64,000 bases of DNA, from contig CAZCHS010000005.1 of NCBI GenBank assembly GCA_964498725.1, forward strand, positions 14,374 to 78,373, in the 5' to 3' direction. Below, piece after piece: positions 16,001 to 26,237 of the stretch. The position numbers were made by a program, and so were the translations under genes. This DNA is from an uncultured bacterium (GTDB lineage: Bacteria; Fidelibacterota; UBA2242; JAFGTP01). Position 1 is the first letter of the stretch; each line of letters starts with the position of its first letter. A model generated the notes under the pieces. That model saw only the letters and a program-made list of their open reading frames with translations. It was not told where the DNA came from and did not search any database.

Positions 16001-17488
16001 ATGACAAATAAACGAATGCTATTTACGCTTTTGCTGGCAGTTTTTGCGACAGTGTCCTGTGGGGATAAAATTGTGGATGCGGAAATAATCCACTGGAATG
16101 ACTTTCATTCGGCTAATCTGCCCTACACTCCCACTCACTATAACCCCGAAAAAATTCAAGTGGGCGGTTATGCTGTCATGGCCGGTTATATTGATTCATT
16201 GCGGAATATTTATGATGACGCACTGGTCCTTCACGCCGGAGATGATTTCCAGGGCTCGCCGGTATCATCCATTACCAAAGGAATGTCGCAGATCATGATT
16301 CTGAACAAGATCAAACCCGATGCTTTTACTATCGGCAACCATGAGTTTGATTACAGTAAAGAAAATCTCTACAAAGCCCTTGACAAAGCTGATTTTCCGG
16401 TGGTTTCCGCTAATATTTATGATGAAGTAAAAAACCAACTATTTACTGAACCTTATAAAATTTATCAAAAAGATGATGTAGCAATTGGCGTCATCGGCGT
16501 GGTTTACAAAAATCTAAAATCCAGTGTCATTCCCGCCAATGTGGAGGGCTTGGAAATATTGGACCCGGTGACGGAAATACAAAAATATGTGGATGAGATC
16601 AAATCCAAAGTCGATCTGATCGTGGTGCTGAGTCACAGCGGATTCCATTCTGATTCCCTTTATGCGGAAAATCTGGAAGAAGTGGATGTCATCGTCGGCG
16701 GCCATTCCCACTCCTGGCTGAGTAAACCGGCCAAAGTCAATGATATCCTCATTCTGCAGGCCGGTGGACGGGGAGAACGGTTGGGACTTCTGAAAATGAA
16801 GGTCAACAGAAAAACCAATGCCATTGAATCCTATGATTACGATTTTATTCGTACAGAAGTCAAAAAAGTCACACCAAATCCGGAAGTGGCGCAGCTGGTG
16901 GATTCCCTGGAGTCAAAAATTCGTGAAACCATGGACCAGCAGATCGGAACATTGAAAAAAGATTGGTTACGGACTTCCCGGGATGAATCCAATATCGGCA
17001 ATTGGATTTGTGACGTCACACGACAAAAATTCGATGTGGATATCGCATTACAAAACAGTGGCGGGATTCGTAAAAATCTGCCGGCCGGCCCGATTAAAGT
17101 ACGGGACATCTGGGAAATATCACCCTTTGATAATTCCATTCAGATTTTTCATCTGTCCGGAAAAGAACTATTGGACATGATCAATTACCGGTTGGAAAAC
17201 CCACGGGATCTGCTGCAGGTGTCGGGTATGAAAATTTATTACGACGGCAAAACCGGAAAACTGGTAAAATTAACCGTCGGCGGCCAACCTGTTGATCCCG
17301 GAAAAAGTTATTCCATTGCCACCAATAATTATATTATGAGCCATAGTCAGCGATTTTTTGGTATTGATCCGGAAACACTGGATATCGAAGAAACAAATTA
17401 CCTCGGCCGCGATGTGTTACTGGAAGCTTTGGAAAAGAATCCGGTAGTGTCTGGAGAAAAGGAAGACCGTATCATTGATGTGAGATAG
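16001..17488 (+). CDS. bifunctional metallophosphatase/5'-nucleotidase, probable lipoprotein
   Basis: 495 aa. The signal peptide ends with a lipobox-like ATVSCGD. Calcineurin-like motifs are present (HWNDFHS, GDDFQGS, GNHEFD, GGHSH), plus a C-terminal 5'-nucleotidase substrate domain. Confidence 0.85.
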   Translation: MTNKRMLFTLLLAVFATVSCGDKIVDAEIIHWNDFHSANLPYTPTHYNPEKIQVGGYAVMAGYIDSLRNIYDDALVLHAGDDFQGSPVSSITKGMSQIMILNKIKPDAFTIGNHEFDYSKENLYKALDKADFPVVSANIYDEVKNQLFTEPYKIYQKDDVAIGVIGVVYKNLKSSVIPANVEGLEILDPVTEIQKYVDEIKSKVDLIVVLSHSGFHSDSLYAENLEEVDVIVGGHSHSWLSKPAKVNDILILQAGGRGERLGLLKMKVNRKTNAIESYDYDFIRTEVKKVTPNPEVAQLVDSLESKIRETMDQQIGTLKKDWLRTSRDESNIGNWICDVTRQKFDVDIALQNSGGIRKNLPAGPIKVRDIWEISPFDNSIQIFHLSGKELLDMINYRLENPRDLLQVSGMKIYYDGKTGKLVKLTVGGQPVDPGKSYSIATNNYIMSHSQRFFGIDPETLDIEETNYLGRDVLLEALEKNPVVSGEKEDRIIDVR

Positions 17489-17494
17489 AAAAAA

Positions 17495-17524
17495 ACACCC
17501 CATAGATAACCGGGGTGTTTTTTG
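17495..17524. terminator. hairpin terminator between convergent genes
   Basis: ACACCCC atagataacc GGGGTGT is flanked by an A-run upstream and a T-run downstream. Confidence 0.6.
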
Positions 17525-17551
17525 TATTGAGTATGTTAACTAAAGGTTTTA

Positions 17552-20125
17552 TTAAAACCACTTATCAGCTAAATTGTATTTCATAATAAATCCGATACCG
17601 ATAATACTGACCATGGTAGCCAGTTTGATAGCGATGTCCAGTGAAGGGCCGCAAGTGTCCTTTAAAGGATCACCCACTGTATCACCGGTGACGGCAGCGG
17701 CATAAGACGCCATAATTTCAGTGTATTTTTCCTTGACCTCCATCATTGCATTGATCAGGTCATATTCTTCGGGTTTCAGACGCAAAAACTCCCTGAACAT
17801 GATCCGGTCATGCTTATTCAGGTCTTCAAAATAATTGTTCAGTTCCGGATCAATGGTTTCCACAAAATCGTCCTTGCCAAAATGCTGGATCAAAAAATCC
17901 AGGGATTTGCCTTTTTTCAGGTAATTTTCATTGATATACCGGATCATCCTGTCAAGATACTCTGATTCCTCAATATCAATACTGAATGCAGCCGGATTCA
18001 TATTAACCAATTCATAGAGGAATCTCTTGTACTCATGAGAGAAGAAAAAAGGCCAAAGACCTTTGCGGGAGGCCAGTTTGATATTGGCGAAAATAAGATC
18101 CTTGGTTTCCGATTTTGACCGTTCAATATATTTTTTAGCATTGTCCCAGGCACCACCGGAATTAGCCATAAAAATGGCAAAGAGAAATCCCACCAGCAAG
18201 CTGCCCAGCAGCAGGCCGATAATGGCGATGGGGCCCAGAACCATTCCGGTGATCAAAGGTGTAAAGATCACAGTAATAGCCGGATTGATCATTTTTTTCT
18301 GGGCTGCGATAGTGGATATCTGGATACAGCGCTCATAATCGGGACGGGTTTCGCCAGTCATGACACCCTTGATTGTACGGAATTGACGACGTACTTCTTC
18401 GATCATTTCACCGGCCGCCTGGGAAACTGCGTCAGTAGTTTTACTGGTAAAGGTAGTACAAATAATACCACCGATAAACAGTCCGATTATAAAACGCAGG
18501 TCCATAATCGCACCACCCAAATAACTCAGCAGGTCATTGGCGGTACTGTTGATTACGATATCAATATTATCGATCAGGCGAAAGCGGTCCAGATAATTGG
18601 GATTGGCATCATAAAGCTGCATAATGGTCATACGAATATTTTCAATAAAGGCTGAGATCAGTGTAAGGGTGGTGAGGGCGGCGGAACCGATTGCCAGGCC
18701 TTTGCCCCGGGCCGCAGTAGAATTTCCCAATTCGTCCAGGCTATCGGTACGTCTTCGTGTTTGGCTCGGCAGTTCTGCCATTTCAGCGATACCACCGGCA
18801 TTGTCAGCAATAGGGCCAAAGGCATCGATTGAGAGATTGATACCCAAAGTACTCATCATACCCACGGAAGCCAGTCCGATAGAGTAAAGACCCACGGAAA
18901 AATCAGCGAATCCGCCACCGGTACCAAAAGAGACGATCATCGCCATTATTATGATAATAAAGGAGGGCGCAGTTGACATTAATCCAACTGACAGACCTGA
19001 TGTAATCACTGTCGCGTGACCGGTTTTCGCCTGGGCGGCGATCTTTTTTACCGGACTAAAAGCGGCATTTGTGTAATAATCTGTCACATACCCCAGAACA
19101 ACACCCGCTAGTGTACCGGTAATAATAGGAATAAAAAGTTGCCAGAGCATTTCGGGAAAAATAATTTTGATAACAGCGAAACTGGCCAGCATTGTCAGGA
19201 CTGAAGTTATATTAATTCCCCGGTTAATGGCTTTTAGCAATCCCATTTGTCCGTCATCTTCCTTGGCTTTGATCATAAAAATTCCCACCATTGAGGCAAA
19301 TGTTCCGACACTGGCGATGATCATCGGTAAAATTACAGCGTCAAATTGTCTTTCAATAGAGAAAGCCGAAAAAGCACTGATGGCCAGGGCCGCTGTTCCA
19401 AGGATAGAACCGACAAAGGATTCGTAAAGGTCGGCGCCAAGACCGGCAATGTCACCGACATTATCCCCCACATTATCTGCAATGACCGCCGGGTTGCGCG
19501 GATCATCTTCGGGAATACCGGCTTCCACTTTTCCTACCAGGTCGGCGCCCATATCTGCCGCTTTGGTGAAAATTCCACCTCCAACCCTGGCAAAAAGCGC
19601 CATGGATGAAGCACCGAATCCAAAGCTCAGCATGGTTGTGGTGATTTCATGCAGTGTCATGTCGGCCCAGGCATTTAGCGCGGCAAACCAGATAATAATA
19701 TCCAAAAGCCCGAATCCCACCACAATCAACCCCATAATACTGCCGCCGCGGAAGGAAATTCTTAGGGCGCCATTCAATGAACTGCGGGCGGCATTGGTGG
19801 TACGATTGGCAGTCAGCGTCGATGCCGACATTCCCAAAAATCCACAAAGGCCGGAGAACAAACCGCCGGAAATAAAAGCATAAGGCACATAGACACTTAA
19901 AGCCTTCAGCCCATATGCCACAAAAAGCAGAATAATGAAAACCGTAACAAAGAAAATCCCCACGGTTTTATATTGCCGTCGTAAATAGGCCATAGCACCG
20001 GAACGAATATAGCCTGATATCCGGCGAATATCTTCATTTCCGACATCTTGTCTGAGTATCCACAGAAAAAATATCAACGCTGCAAACAGCGCCAGAAGTG
20101 ATGCGATGGGAACGAGAAAGATCAT
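17552..20125 (-). CDS. hppA: membrane-bound ion-translocating pyrophosphatase (K+-dependent-type sequence) with a large C-terminal loop insertion
   Basis: 857 aa. Hallmark motifs are present: DNVGDNVGDIAGLGADLYESF, GNSTAARGKGLAIGSAAL, GGAWDNAKKYIE and GDTVGDPLKDTCGPSLDI. The last two motifs are separated by about 141 aa instead of a short loop. Confidence 0.9.
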   Translation of the reverse strand: MIFLVPIASLLALFAALIFFLWILRQDVGNEDIRRISGYIRSGAMAYLRRQYKTVGIFFVTVFIILLFVAYGLKALSVYVPYAFISGGLFSGLCGFLGMSASTLTANRTTNAARSSLNGALRISFRGGSIMGLIVVGFGLLDIIIWFAALNAWADMTLHEITTTMLSFGFGASSMALFARVGGGIFTKAADMGADLVGKVEAGIPEDDPRNPAVIADNVGDNVGDIAGLGADLYESFVGSILGTAALAISAFSAFSIERQFDAVILPMIIASVGTFASMVGIFMIKAKEDDGQMGLLKAINRGINITSVLTMLASFAVIKIIFPEMLWQLFIPIITGTLAGVVLGYVTDYYTNAAFSPVKKIAAQAKTGHATVITSGLSVGLMSTAPSFIIIIMAMIVSFGTGGGFADFSVGLYSIGLASVGMMSTLGINLSIDAFGPIADNAGGIAEMAELPSQTRRRTDSLDELGNSTAARGKGLAIGSAALTTLTLISAFIENIRMTIMQLYDANPNYLDRFRLIDNIDIVINSTANDLLSYLGGAIMDLRFIIGLFIGGIICTTFTSKTTDAVSQAAGEMIEEVRRQFRTIKGVMTGETRPDYERCIQISTIAAQKKMINPAITVIFTPLITGMVLGPIAIIGLLLGSLLVGFLFAIFMANSGGAWDNAKKYIERSKSETKDLIFANIKLASRKGLWPFFFSHEYKRFLYELVNMNPAAFSIDIEESEYLDRMIRYINENYLKKGKSLDFLIQHFGKDDFVETIDPELNNYFEDLNKHDRIMFREFLRLKPEEYDLINAMMEVKEKYTEIMASYAAAVTGDTVGDPLKDTCGPSLDIAIKLATMVSIIGIGFIMKYNLADKWF

Positions 20126-20424
20126 AACCCCTCCAAAATTTTGTGCGTTAAGTTAAATAATGAATCATTGTATTGCTTTCATATATTTCAATTTAACCTG
20201 TCAATATATAGAATAATTTTATTTTTGTCTACTAAATGAATTAAATTTTTTGACATGGTTTTGTTTATATTTTTGCTGAAGCTTTGATCCATAACACCTT
20301 TTAAATGATCGGGCGACCTATGAAATGGTATCCTTGGAGGGAATTGCGGAGGTCTTTGACCATTCGCAAGGTTTTCATTTCCTGAGGTTGAATTTGAATA
20401 TTGAATACAAATCATTTAAGTTAC

Positions 20425-22656
20425 ATGACTATGAAATATCCCATGGAATTATTAGCCCCCGGCGGCGATGTCAATGCTGTCAAAGCGGCGATATTGACCG
20501 GCGCTGACGCGGTTTATTGCGGGTTGGCGCAGTTCAATGCCAGGAACCGGGCCCGGAATCTTACCTTTGAAGAATTAATCGGTGTGATCAACCTGGCCCA
20601 TGACCATGACTGTAAGATTTACCTGACACTGAATATTGTCCTATTGGAAACAGAAATACCGACGGTTATTGCGCTGTTGAATAAACTGGTGAATATTGAT
20701 CTTAATGGTATTATTATTCAGGATTTGGGGCTGCTATATCTTCTGTCCAAATATTTCAAAACACTTGATGTTCATGCATCTACACAGATGACTACGCATA
20801 ACCGGGGCCAACTTGAATTCCTTGCTCGCAATTCCGTCAAACAGGTTAATCTGTCCCGGGAACTGAATCTGAATGAGATTAATGAATTGTGCAAATTTGG
20901 AAATGAAAAGCAGGTGGAAACCGAGGTTTTTGCCCATGGTTCCTATTGCATTGGTTTTTCCGGACTATGCTATATGAGTTCAGTACTGGACGGCAAATCC
21001 GGTAACCGGGGGCGCTGCAGCCAGCCCTGCCGGAATGAATACCGTGTAACACCCAAAGGAATAAAATATCCGCTGAATCTAAAAGATAATTCGGCCTATT
21101 TAAATTTGCCGGAATTGATCGCGGCCGGAATCGATTCCTTAAAAATTGAGGGACGTATCAAAGGATATGACTATGTTCACAGGATCGTAAGAACATGGCG
21201 CCGGCATTTGGATAATTATTTTGAAAACCGGTCAATGGATGAGAATATTGACGACCTTTACAGCGTTTTCAACCGCGACTTTTCAAACGGCTATCTGACC
21301 GGGAAAATATCACGGGAAATGTTCATTGATAATCCCAGGGATTTTTCTCTTGACTACCAATTAAAATCGCAACCGGGCCAAACAGTTAACCGGATTATTG
21401 AGGAAAGAGAAAAACGGCAACAGAAGCTTCATCAAAAAATTTCTGCCATAGAAATTGGTAAAATACCATTGACAATAGAAATTCAGGGAAGAGCAGGACA
21501 ATTCATGATAATGATGGTAAAATCCCCCGATAAAGAAATCAAGGTACAGTCCCGGTCAAAATTACAACCAGCGGTGAATAAGAAGTCGGTCATTAATAAG
21601 TCCGCCATCGGTAAAAAGTTAAGGAATATCAACAACACCAATTATCAGATTGATTTCATAAACACTGAAAATTTGCAAAAGGGGCTTTTTTTGCCCTTCC
21701 GGGAATTGGCCGAATTACGGAATGAAATAATAAAGGAATTCATTAATAGTAACGGACTGACAGAACCGGTCAGATTATCGGAATTGCCAAATTCTGATTT
21801 TTCACAACGTGCTCCAGGTCTGTCAATATTAATATCCGATTTCAAAGATATTCAATTATGCCGGCAGGCCAGTGCTGGTATCTTTTTTGAATTGCCTAAC
21901 TATTTGGAGGGAATGGAACAATATATAGAAGTGTTCCGTCGAGAATCCCGGCTTATTCCCTGGTTTCCGGCGATTTTGATCGGGGAGAATTACACGAGAG
22001 CGGTGGACTTTCTGGATGAAGTAATGCCCAAAATGATTGTCACGAACAATACCGGCATTGCCAATGCGGCCCGAAAGCGAAATATTCCCTGGATTGCCGG
22101 GCCTCAGTTAAATTTAACCAATTCCTATAGCTTGCGATGTTTACAGGAACGGTTGGGGTGCAGCGGCGGTTTTATTTCCAACGAGTTGAACAAATACCAG
22201 ATCAACAGCATAAATTGTCCAAAAAATTTTAGTCTATACTTTAGTATATTTCATCCTATTTTGATGATGCAAACCCGGCAGTGTCTCCTGCAACAGATAA
22301 TTGAATACCAAAAAGTGACTGTTGATACGGCTTGTCTGTTCCAGTGCCAAAAAAGCGCGACGATTACAAATTTGAATAACCGGAAATTTTACATTCACAA
22401 GAGGGCCGGCTGTTTCACTTCGGTTTACAATGACCAAAACTATCTGAACACCGAAGTGCTACGGGATTTGCCGGGGAAATTCTCCGGCGTCATGATTGAT
22501 TTGCGGAATATTCAGACAAATACAACGATTAATACAGATAAGACCGCAGCAATTGATTTATTTGCTTCCTTTGTCAAGGGCAATAAAGAATATGAAATTA
22601 AATTACGGAAAATCATCAAGAATACAACAAAACAACAATTTAACACTGGTATTTGA
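20425..22656 (+). CDS. peptidase U32 family protein (long form)
   Basis: The N-terminus reads MELLAPGGDVNAVKAAILTGADAVYCGLAQFNARNRARNLTFEEL and is followed by KIYLTLN. This is typical of U32. I used the first ATG at 20425; the track start at 20401 is a TTG. Confidence 0.8.
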   Translation: MTMKYPMELLAPGGDVNAVKAAILTGADAVYCGLAQFNARNRARNLTFEELIGVINLAHDHDCKIYLTLNIVLLETEIPTVIALLNKLVNIDLNGIIIQDLGLLYLLSKYFKTLDVHASTQMTTHNRGQLEFLARNSVKQVNLSRELNLNEINELCKFGNEKQVETEVFAHGSYCIGFSGLCYMSSVLDGKSGNRGRCSQPCRNEYRVTPKGIKYPLNLKDNSAYLNLPELIAAGIDSLKIEGRIKGYDYVHRIVRTWRRHLDNYFENRSMDENIDDLYSVFNRDFSNGYLTGKISREMFIDNPRDFSLDYQLKSQPGQTVNRIIEEREKRQQKLHQKISAIEIGKIPLTIEIQGRAGQFMIMMVKSPDKEIKVQSRSKLQPAVNKKSVINKSAIGKKLRNINNTNYQIDFINTENLQKGLFLPFRELAELRNEIIKEFINSNGLTEPVRLSELPNSDFSQRAPGLSILISDFKDIQLCRQASAGIFFELPNYLEGMEQYIEVFRRESRLIPWFPAILIGENYTRAVDFLDEVMPKMIVTNNTGIANAARKRNIPWIAGPQLNLTNSYSLRCLQERLGCSGGFISNELNKYQINSINCPKNFSLYFSIFHPILMMQTRQCLLQQIIEYQKVTVDTACLFQCQKSATITNLNNRKFYIHKRAGCFTSVYNDQNYLNTEVLRDLPGKFSGVMIDLRNIQTNTTINTDKTAAIDLFASFVKGNKEYEIKLRKIIKNTTKQQFNTGI

Positions 22657-22693
22657 TCTGCTATGAAAATCAACATTTCACAGATTTTTTTTT
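22657..22693 (+). terminator. intrinsic terminator after the U32 gene
   Basis: An imperfect hairpin TCTGCTATGAAA atcaaca TTTCACAGA is followed by a run of nine T. Confidence 0.55.
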
Positions 22694-22756
22694 GCAACGG
22701 ATAAAAAAATAGAGATATAAATAATGTGAGCTCGGCCTGCCGGTAAATTTTTAAGT

Positions 22757-23638
22757 TTAGCCGATAAACTCCCCCGGCGTTTTCCCGGTGATCTTCTTAA
22801 ACTGGCGATAAAAATTAGCCATATTGTTGAAGCCGCATTCGTAAGCGATCTGGCTGACGGATTGCTCTCCTTCCAATAGCAATTCGCAGACATGATCAAC
22901 ACGGGTTTCATTCAAAAACTGCGAAAAAGTTTTATTAGTTTTATCTTTGAAAAACCGGCAAAAAGCGGATTTTTCCATATTGGCGATAGAAGCCGCTTTA
23001 TCAACTGTTATCTTTTCATAATAAAAGGCTTTCACAAACTGATAAACGGCATTGATTCGGTCTCCCTTATGCCCAGGAATTGTTGATTGATTATCCAAAT
23101 TCAGAAAAATGACATCTTCATCGCCGGCGAGTAATTTCAGCACTTCTATTAATCCGATCGTACAATCAATCCCATCACAGTCAATTATATGCAGCAATTT
23201 TTCGCAGACCTGGTCCCGCACAGTGTTTACAAATTTTAATCCGGAATTGGCATGAGTTAATAAGGTTTTAATTGTCCGGAATTCAGGGGTTTCAAGCATT
23301 GAAGCGAAGAGGTCTTGGGAAAATTGTAAAACAATTGCTTCCGCATGTTTTTTGTCCCGTTGATTTCTTTTTTGATCGCTAACCCACATATGCCCAAGAT
23401 TGGGACCAACAAAAACCATGTCGCCACTGTGAAATTTTTGTACGGAGTTACCAATGTAACGCACACCGGAGCCCTGAATAATAGTAACCAGTTCGTATTC
23501 AGGATGAAAATGAAAGGACATATCAAAATTAGGCACCGCATAGCGCAAAACTTTAAAGGAATTCCGTACCGGGTAGATGATTTTTTCTTCTTTAATCTTC
23601 ATAAAACAATCTTTTAGTAAATCTAAATCACTTATCAA
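22757..23638 (-). CDS. AraC family transcriptional regulator with N-terminal cupin-like sensor domain
   Basis: 293 aa. The C-terminal double HTH reads SIANMEKSAFCRFFKDKTNKTFSQFLNETRVDHVCELL...VSQIAYECGFNNMANFYRQFKKITGKTPGEF. It is transcribed divergently from the methyltransferase operon. Confidence 0.85.
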   Translation of the reverse strand: MISDLDLLKDCFMKIKEEKIIYPVRNSFKVLRYAVPNFDMSFHFHPEYELVTIIQGSGVRYIGNSVQKFHSGDMVFVGPNLGHMWVSDQKRNQRDKKHAEAIVLQFSQDLFASMLETPEFRTIKTLLTHANSGLKFVNTVRDQVCEKLLHIIDCDGIDCTIGLIEVLKLLAGDEDVIFLNLDNQSTIPGHKGDRINAVYQFVKAFYYEKITVDKAASIANMEKSAFCRFFKDKTNKTFSQFLNETRVDHVCELLLEGEQSVSQIAYECGFNNMANFYRQFKKITGKTPGEFIG

Positions 23639-23754
23639 TTATAAAATATTAGCGCAAAAAACGAAAATATCAATATAGTATACAAATTTGCAAACTAATC
23701 AGATGAAAAGCCAATAAAAAAGTAATAATATCAAATAAATTAAACGGAGTTAAA

Positions 23755-24801
23755 ATGTGCTATTATAAAAGAGATGAAAATTTCAAACCGGATTTTAATA
23801 ATTTGCTGGAGATCATCAGGGGTGAAATTCCCGAACGTCCGGTGCTCTTTGAATTTTTCATGAATGATCGGGTGATCGAAAAATTGTCCGGTGAAAAAGA
23901 GAATAATTCAACAAAATTTGCTCCCTTTAAACGATTTATCAAAGCTTTTAAAAATGCCGGCTATGATTATACCACCATATCTGCCTGGCGTACAAATACT
24001 CTGACCTTTACAAAAGGCGAGATGGCCAGGAAAGCCAGCCATTCCCTTAATTCCGGCAATGTGATCACTGATCGTCCCAGTTTTAATAATTATCAATGGC
24101 CCGATCCCGGGCAGGGTGACTATGACCTTTATTACCAATTGAAAGATTATCTTCCCGATGGTATGAAATTGATTGCCAGCAGTAATGGCGGTGTGTTGGA
24201 AAATGTCATTGATCTGGTGGGTTTTGAAAATCTGAGTCTGTTGTATATGATGGATGAAGAATTAACAACGGAAATATTTGATGCTGTGGGGTCACGGCTG
24301 CTGCGGTTTTATGAAATTGTCGCGCCGATTGAAACCATTGGCGCCTGTATTGTCAATGATGACTGGGGGTTTAAAAACCAAACCATGTTCCATCCTGATT
24401 TTTTACGCCGCTGGGTCTTTCCCTGGCACAAGAAAATGGTGGCTGCTATTCATAAAGCCGGCAAACCGGCAATTCTCCACTCCTGCGGCCAGTTAAAAGC
24501 AGTTATGGATGATGTCATCGATGATATGAATTATGACGCCAAGCATTCCTTTGAAGACCAGATCACTCCGGTCGAGGAGGCCATCAAACTGTGGGGCAGG
24601 CGGATCGCGATTTTGGGTGGTGTTGATATGGATTTTCTGGCCCGCAACACACCGGAAGCGATCGTCGAACGCTCCAAAACCTTACTGGAAATTCAAAAAA
24701 AACAGGGGGGATATGCCTTAGGTTCCGGCAATAGTATTCCTGAATATATTCCCGATGAAAATTATCTGGCCATGATTTCTGCTGTCAAACTTATGAAATA
24801 A
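23755..24801 (+). CDS. uroporphyrinogen decarboxylase (URO-D) family methyltransferase-like protein
   Basis: 348 aa. The C-terminal half (IVNDDWGF, KPAILHSCGQLKAVMDDVID, HSFED, ILGGVD) matches the MtaA/CmuA-type URO-D fold as I know it. Confidence 0.7.
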   Translation: MCYYKRDENFKPDFNNLLEIIRGEIPERPVLFEFFMNDRVIEKLSGEKENNSTKFAPFKRFIKAFKNAGYDYTTISAWRTNTLTFTKGEMARKASHSLNSGNVITDRPSFNNYQWPDPGQGDYDLYYQLKDYLPDGMKLIASSNGGVLENVIDLVGFENLSLLYMMDEELTTEIFDAVGSRLLRFYEIVAPIETIGACIVNDDWGFKNQTMFHPDFLRRWVFPWHKKMVAAIHKAGKPAILHSCGQLKAVMDDVIDDMNYDAKHSFEDQITPVEEAIKLWGRRIAILGGVDMDFLARNTPEAIVERSKTLLEIQKKQGGYALGSGNSIPEYIPDENYLAMISAVKLMK

Positions 24802-24820
24802 AAAATAAAGGATAAATGCC

Positions 24821-25486
24821 ATGACAAATATTTTAGAAAAATTAGCACATCGGGTAGAGGTGGGAAAAATTGATAAAAAATCACCCTTTCCACCGGACCT
24901 GAAAGGCGAAGAAGGCGCTGATGAATTAACCAAACAAGCATTGGATGAAGGAACAGACGCCCAGACAATTCTGAATGATGGACTGATCGAGGGAATGAAT
25001 CGCATCGGGGAGAAGTTTTCACGGGGTGAGGCTTATATTCCCAATATGCTGATTGCCGCTAAAGCCATGAACGCGGCCCTGGTTCATCTGGATCCTTATT
25101 TCACTGCCGGAAATATTAAGTCCAAAGGCACTGCTATTCTGGGAACTGTCCAGGGCGATCTCCATGATATCGGGAAAAATCTTGTAGGATTAATTCTCAA
25201 AGGCGCTGGTTGGGATATTGTGGACCTCGGCACTGACGTGGGCAGTGATGAATTCATTGAAGCGGTTAATAAGCATGAAGCCGCTGTTGTCGGCATGAGC
25301 GCCCTTTTGACCACAACAATGATAAATATGGACCCTATTCTGAATGCAATTAAGAAAAATAATCCAGCGACACAAGTCTATATTGGCGGCGCGCCGGTCT
25401 CACAAAATTTTGCCGATAAAATAGGCGCTGACGGCTATTTTGCTGATCCTTTTAGTTTTTCAAAATTTTTGGCACAATACTTATGA
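24821..25486 (+). CDS. corrinoid (cobalamin-binding) protein
   Basis: 221 aa. It has an N-terminal B12-binding cap helix region followed by the DxHxxG motif (GTVQGDLHDIGKNLV), then SALLTTTM and YIGGAP. Confidence 0.85.
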   Translation: MTNILEKLAHRVEVGKIDKKSPFPPDLKGEEGADELTKQALDEGTDAQTILNDGLIEGMNRIGEKFSRGEAYIPNMLIAAKAMNAALVHLDPYFTAGNIKSKGTAILGTVQGDLHDIGKNLVGLILKGAGWDIVDLGTDVGSDEFIEAVNKHEAAVVGMSALLTTTMINMDPILNAIKKNNPATQVYIGGAPVSQNFADKIGADGYFADPFSFSKFLAQYL

Positions 25487-26202
25487 TACTGGAAAAGTTG
25501 AAAATATATTTACCCGCAAGATTTGTCATTACTCCTGACAAGCAGGAAATATATCAGGCTATGGGATACCAAGAACTGCCCACGGAACAGATCATTTCCG
25601 ATGTTAAGTTTTTGATTGATGAATCCCTGGAGAAAATGAAAATCCGCTGTGGTTATGTTCTGATTCCAAAAGAAGATTTTTACCCGCAGGATAGCGGTCA
25701 GTTTACCATCGGCAAAACAACTTTTAATTGTGGCAAAATAATTTATAATCATATCAAGAATGCCGACCAGGTTCTTCTCTTTCTGGCCACTCTCGGCCAC
25801 GATTTTGATCATTTTAGTAAAGCCTACTTTAATGCAGGTGATCCTTACAAAGGTTACCTCGTCGATACGATCGGTTCCGTTACGATTGAAACAGCGTTGG
25901 ATTGGATGGTGGATGATATTGACGAACAATTGTTTTTCAGCGGACAAAGGTCTACCAACCGGTTTAGTCCCGGCTACTGTAAGTGGGACATAAAAGAGCA
26001 GGAAAAATTATTTTCCTTTTTCCCCAATAATTTTTTGAATGTGGATCTGCTTCCCAGTCAATTAATGCGGCCAATGAAGTCGGTCAGCGGTCTCATGGGT
26101 ATTGGAGAGAAAGTCCAAAAAAAACAATATACCTGTCACCTTTGCGATCAGGAAAATTGTATTATGCGTAAACATCAAAGTGTAATCAAGGAAAAAGTAT
26201 AA
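25483..26202 (+). CDS. methionine-synthase activation-domain-like protein (putative corrinoid reactivation component)
   Basis: 239 aa. NRFSPGYCKWDIKEQEKLFSFF resembles the MetH AdoMet-binding RxxxGY region. It is coupled to the corrinoid protein gene by an ATGA overlap and has a C-terminal CHLCDQENC cysteine cluster. Confidence 0.5.
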   Translation: MILEKLKIYLPARFVITPDKQEIYQAMGYQELPTEQIISDVKFLIDESLEKMKIRCGYVLIPKEDFYPQDSGQFTIGKTTFNCGKIIYNHIKNADQVLLFLATLGHDFDHFSKAYFNAGDPYKGYLVDTIGSVTIETALDWMVDDIDEQLFFSGQRSTNRFSPGYCKWDIKEQEKLFSFFPNNFLNVDLLPSQLMRPMKSVSGLMGIGEKVQKKQYTCHLCDQENCIMRKHQSVIKEKV

Positions 26203-26237
26203 ATCCCAAAGTAATCCCTCTGATCGGTGTTACCGGG

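Noticed and set aside
18063-19883. Several + strand ORFs of 86-144 aa lie inside the pyrophosphatase locus.
   Set aside because: They are antisense shadows of a strongly conserved membrane PPase. Ala/Ser/Pro/Ile-rich translations are typical of the reverse frame of hydrophobic proteins.
20188-20507. Small ORFs (75 aa on the - strand, 60 aa on the + strand) lie in the hppA/U32 intergenic region.
   Set aside because: There is no start context or recognisable family, and they overlap a promoter/leader region. The short lengths fit chance ORFs in this composition.
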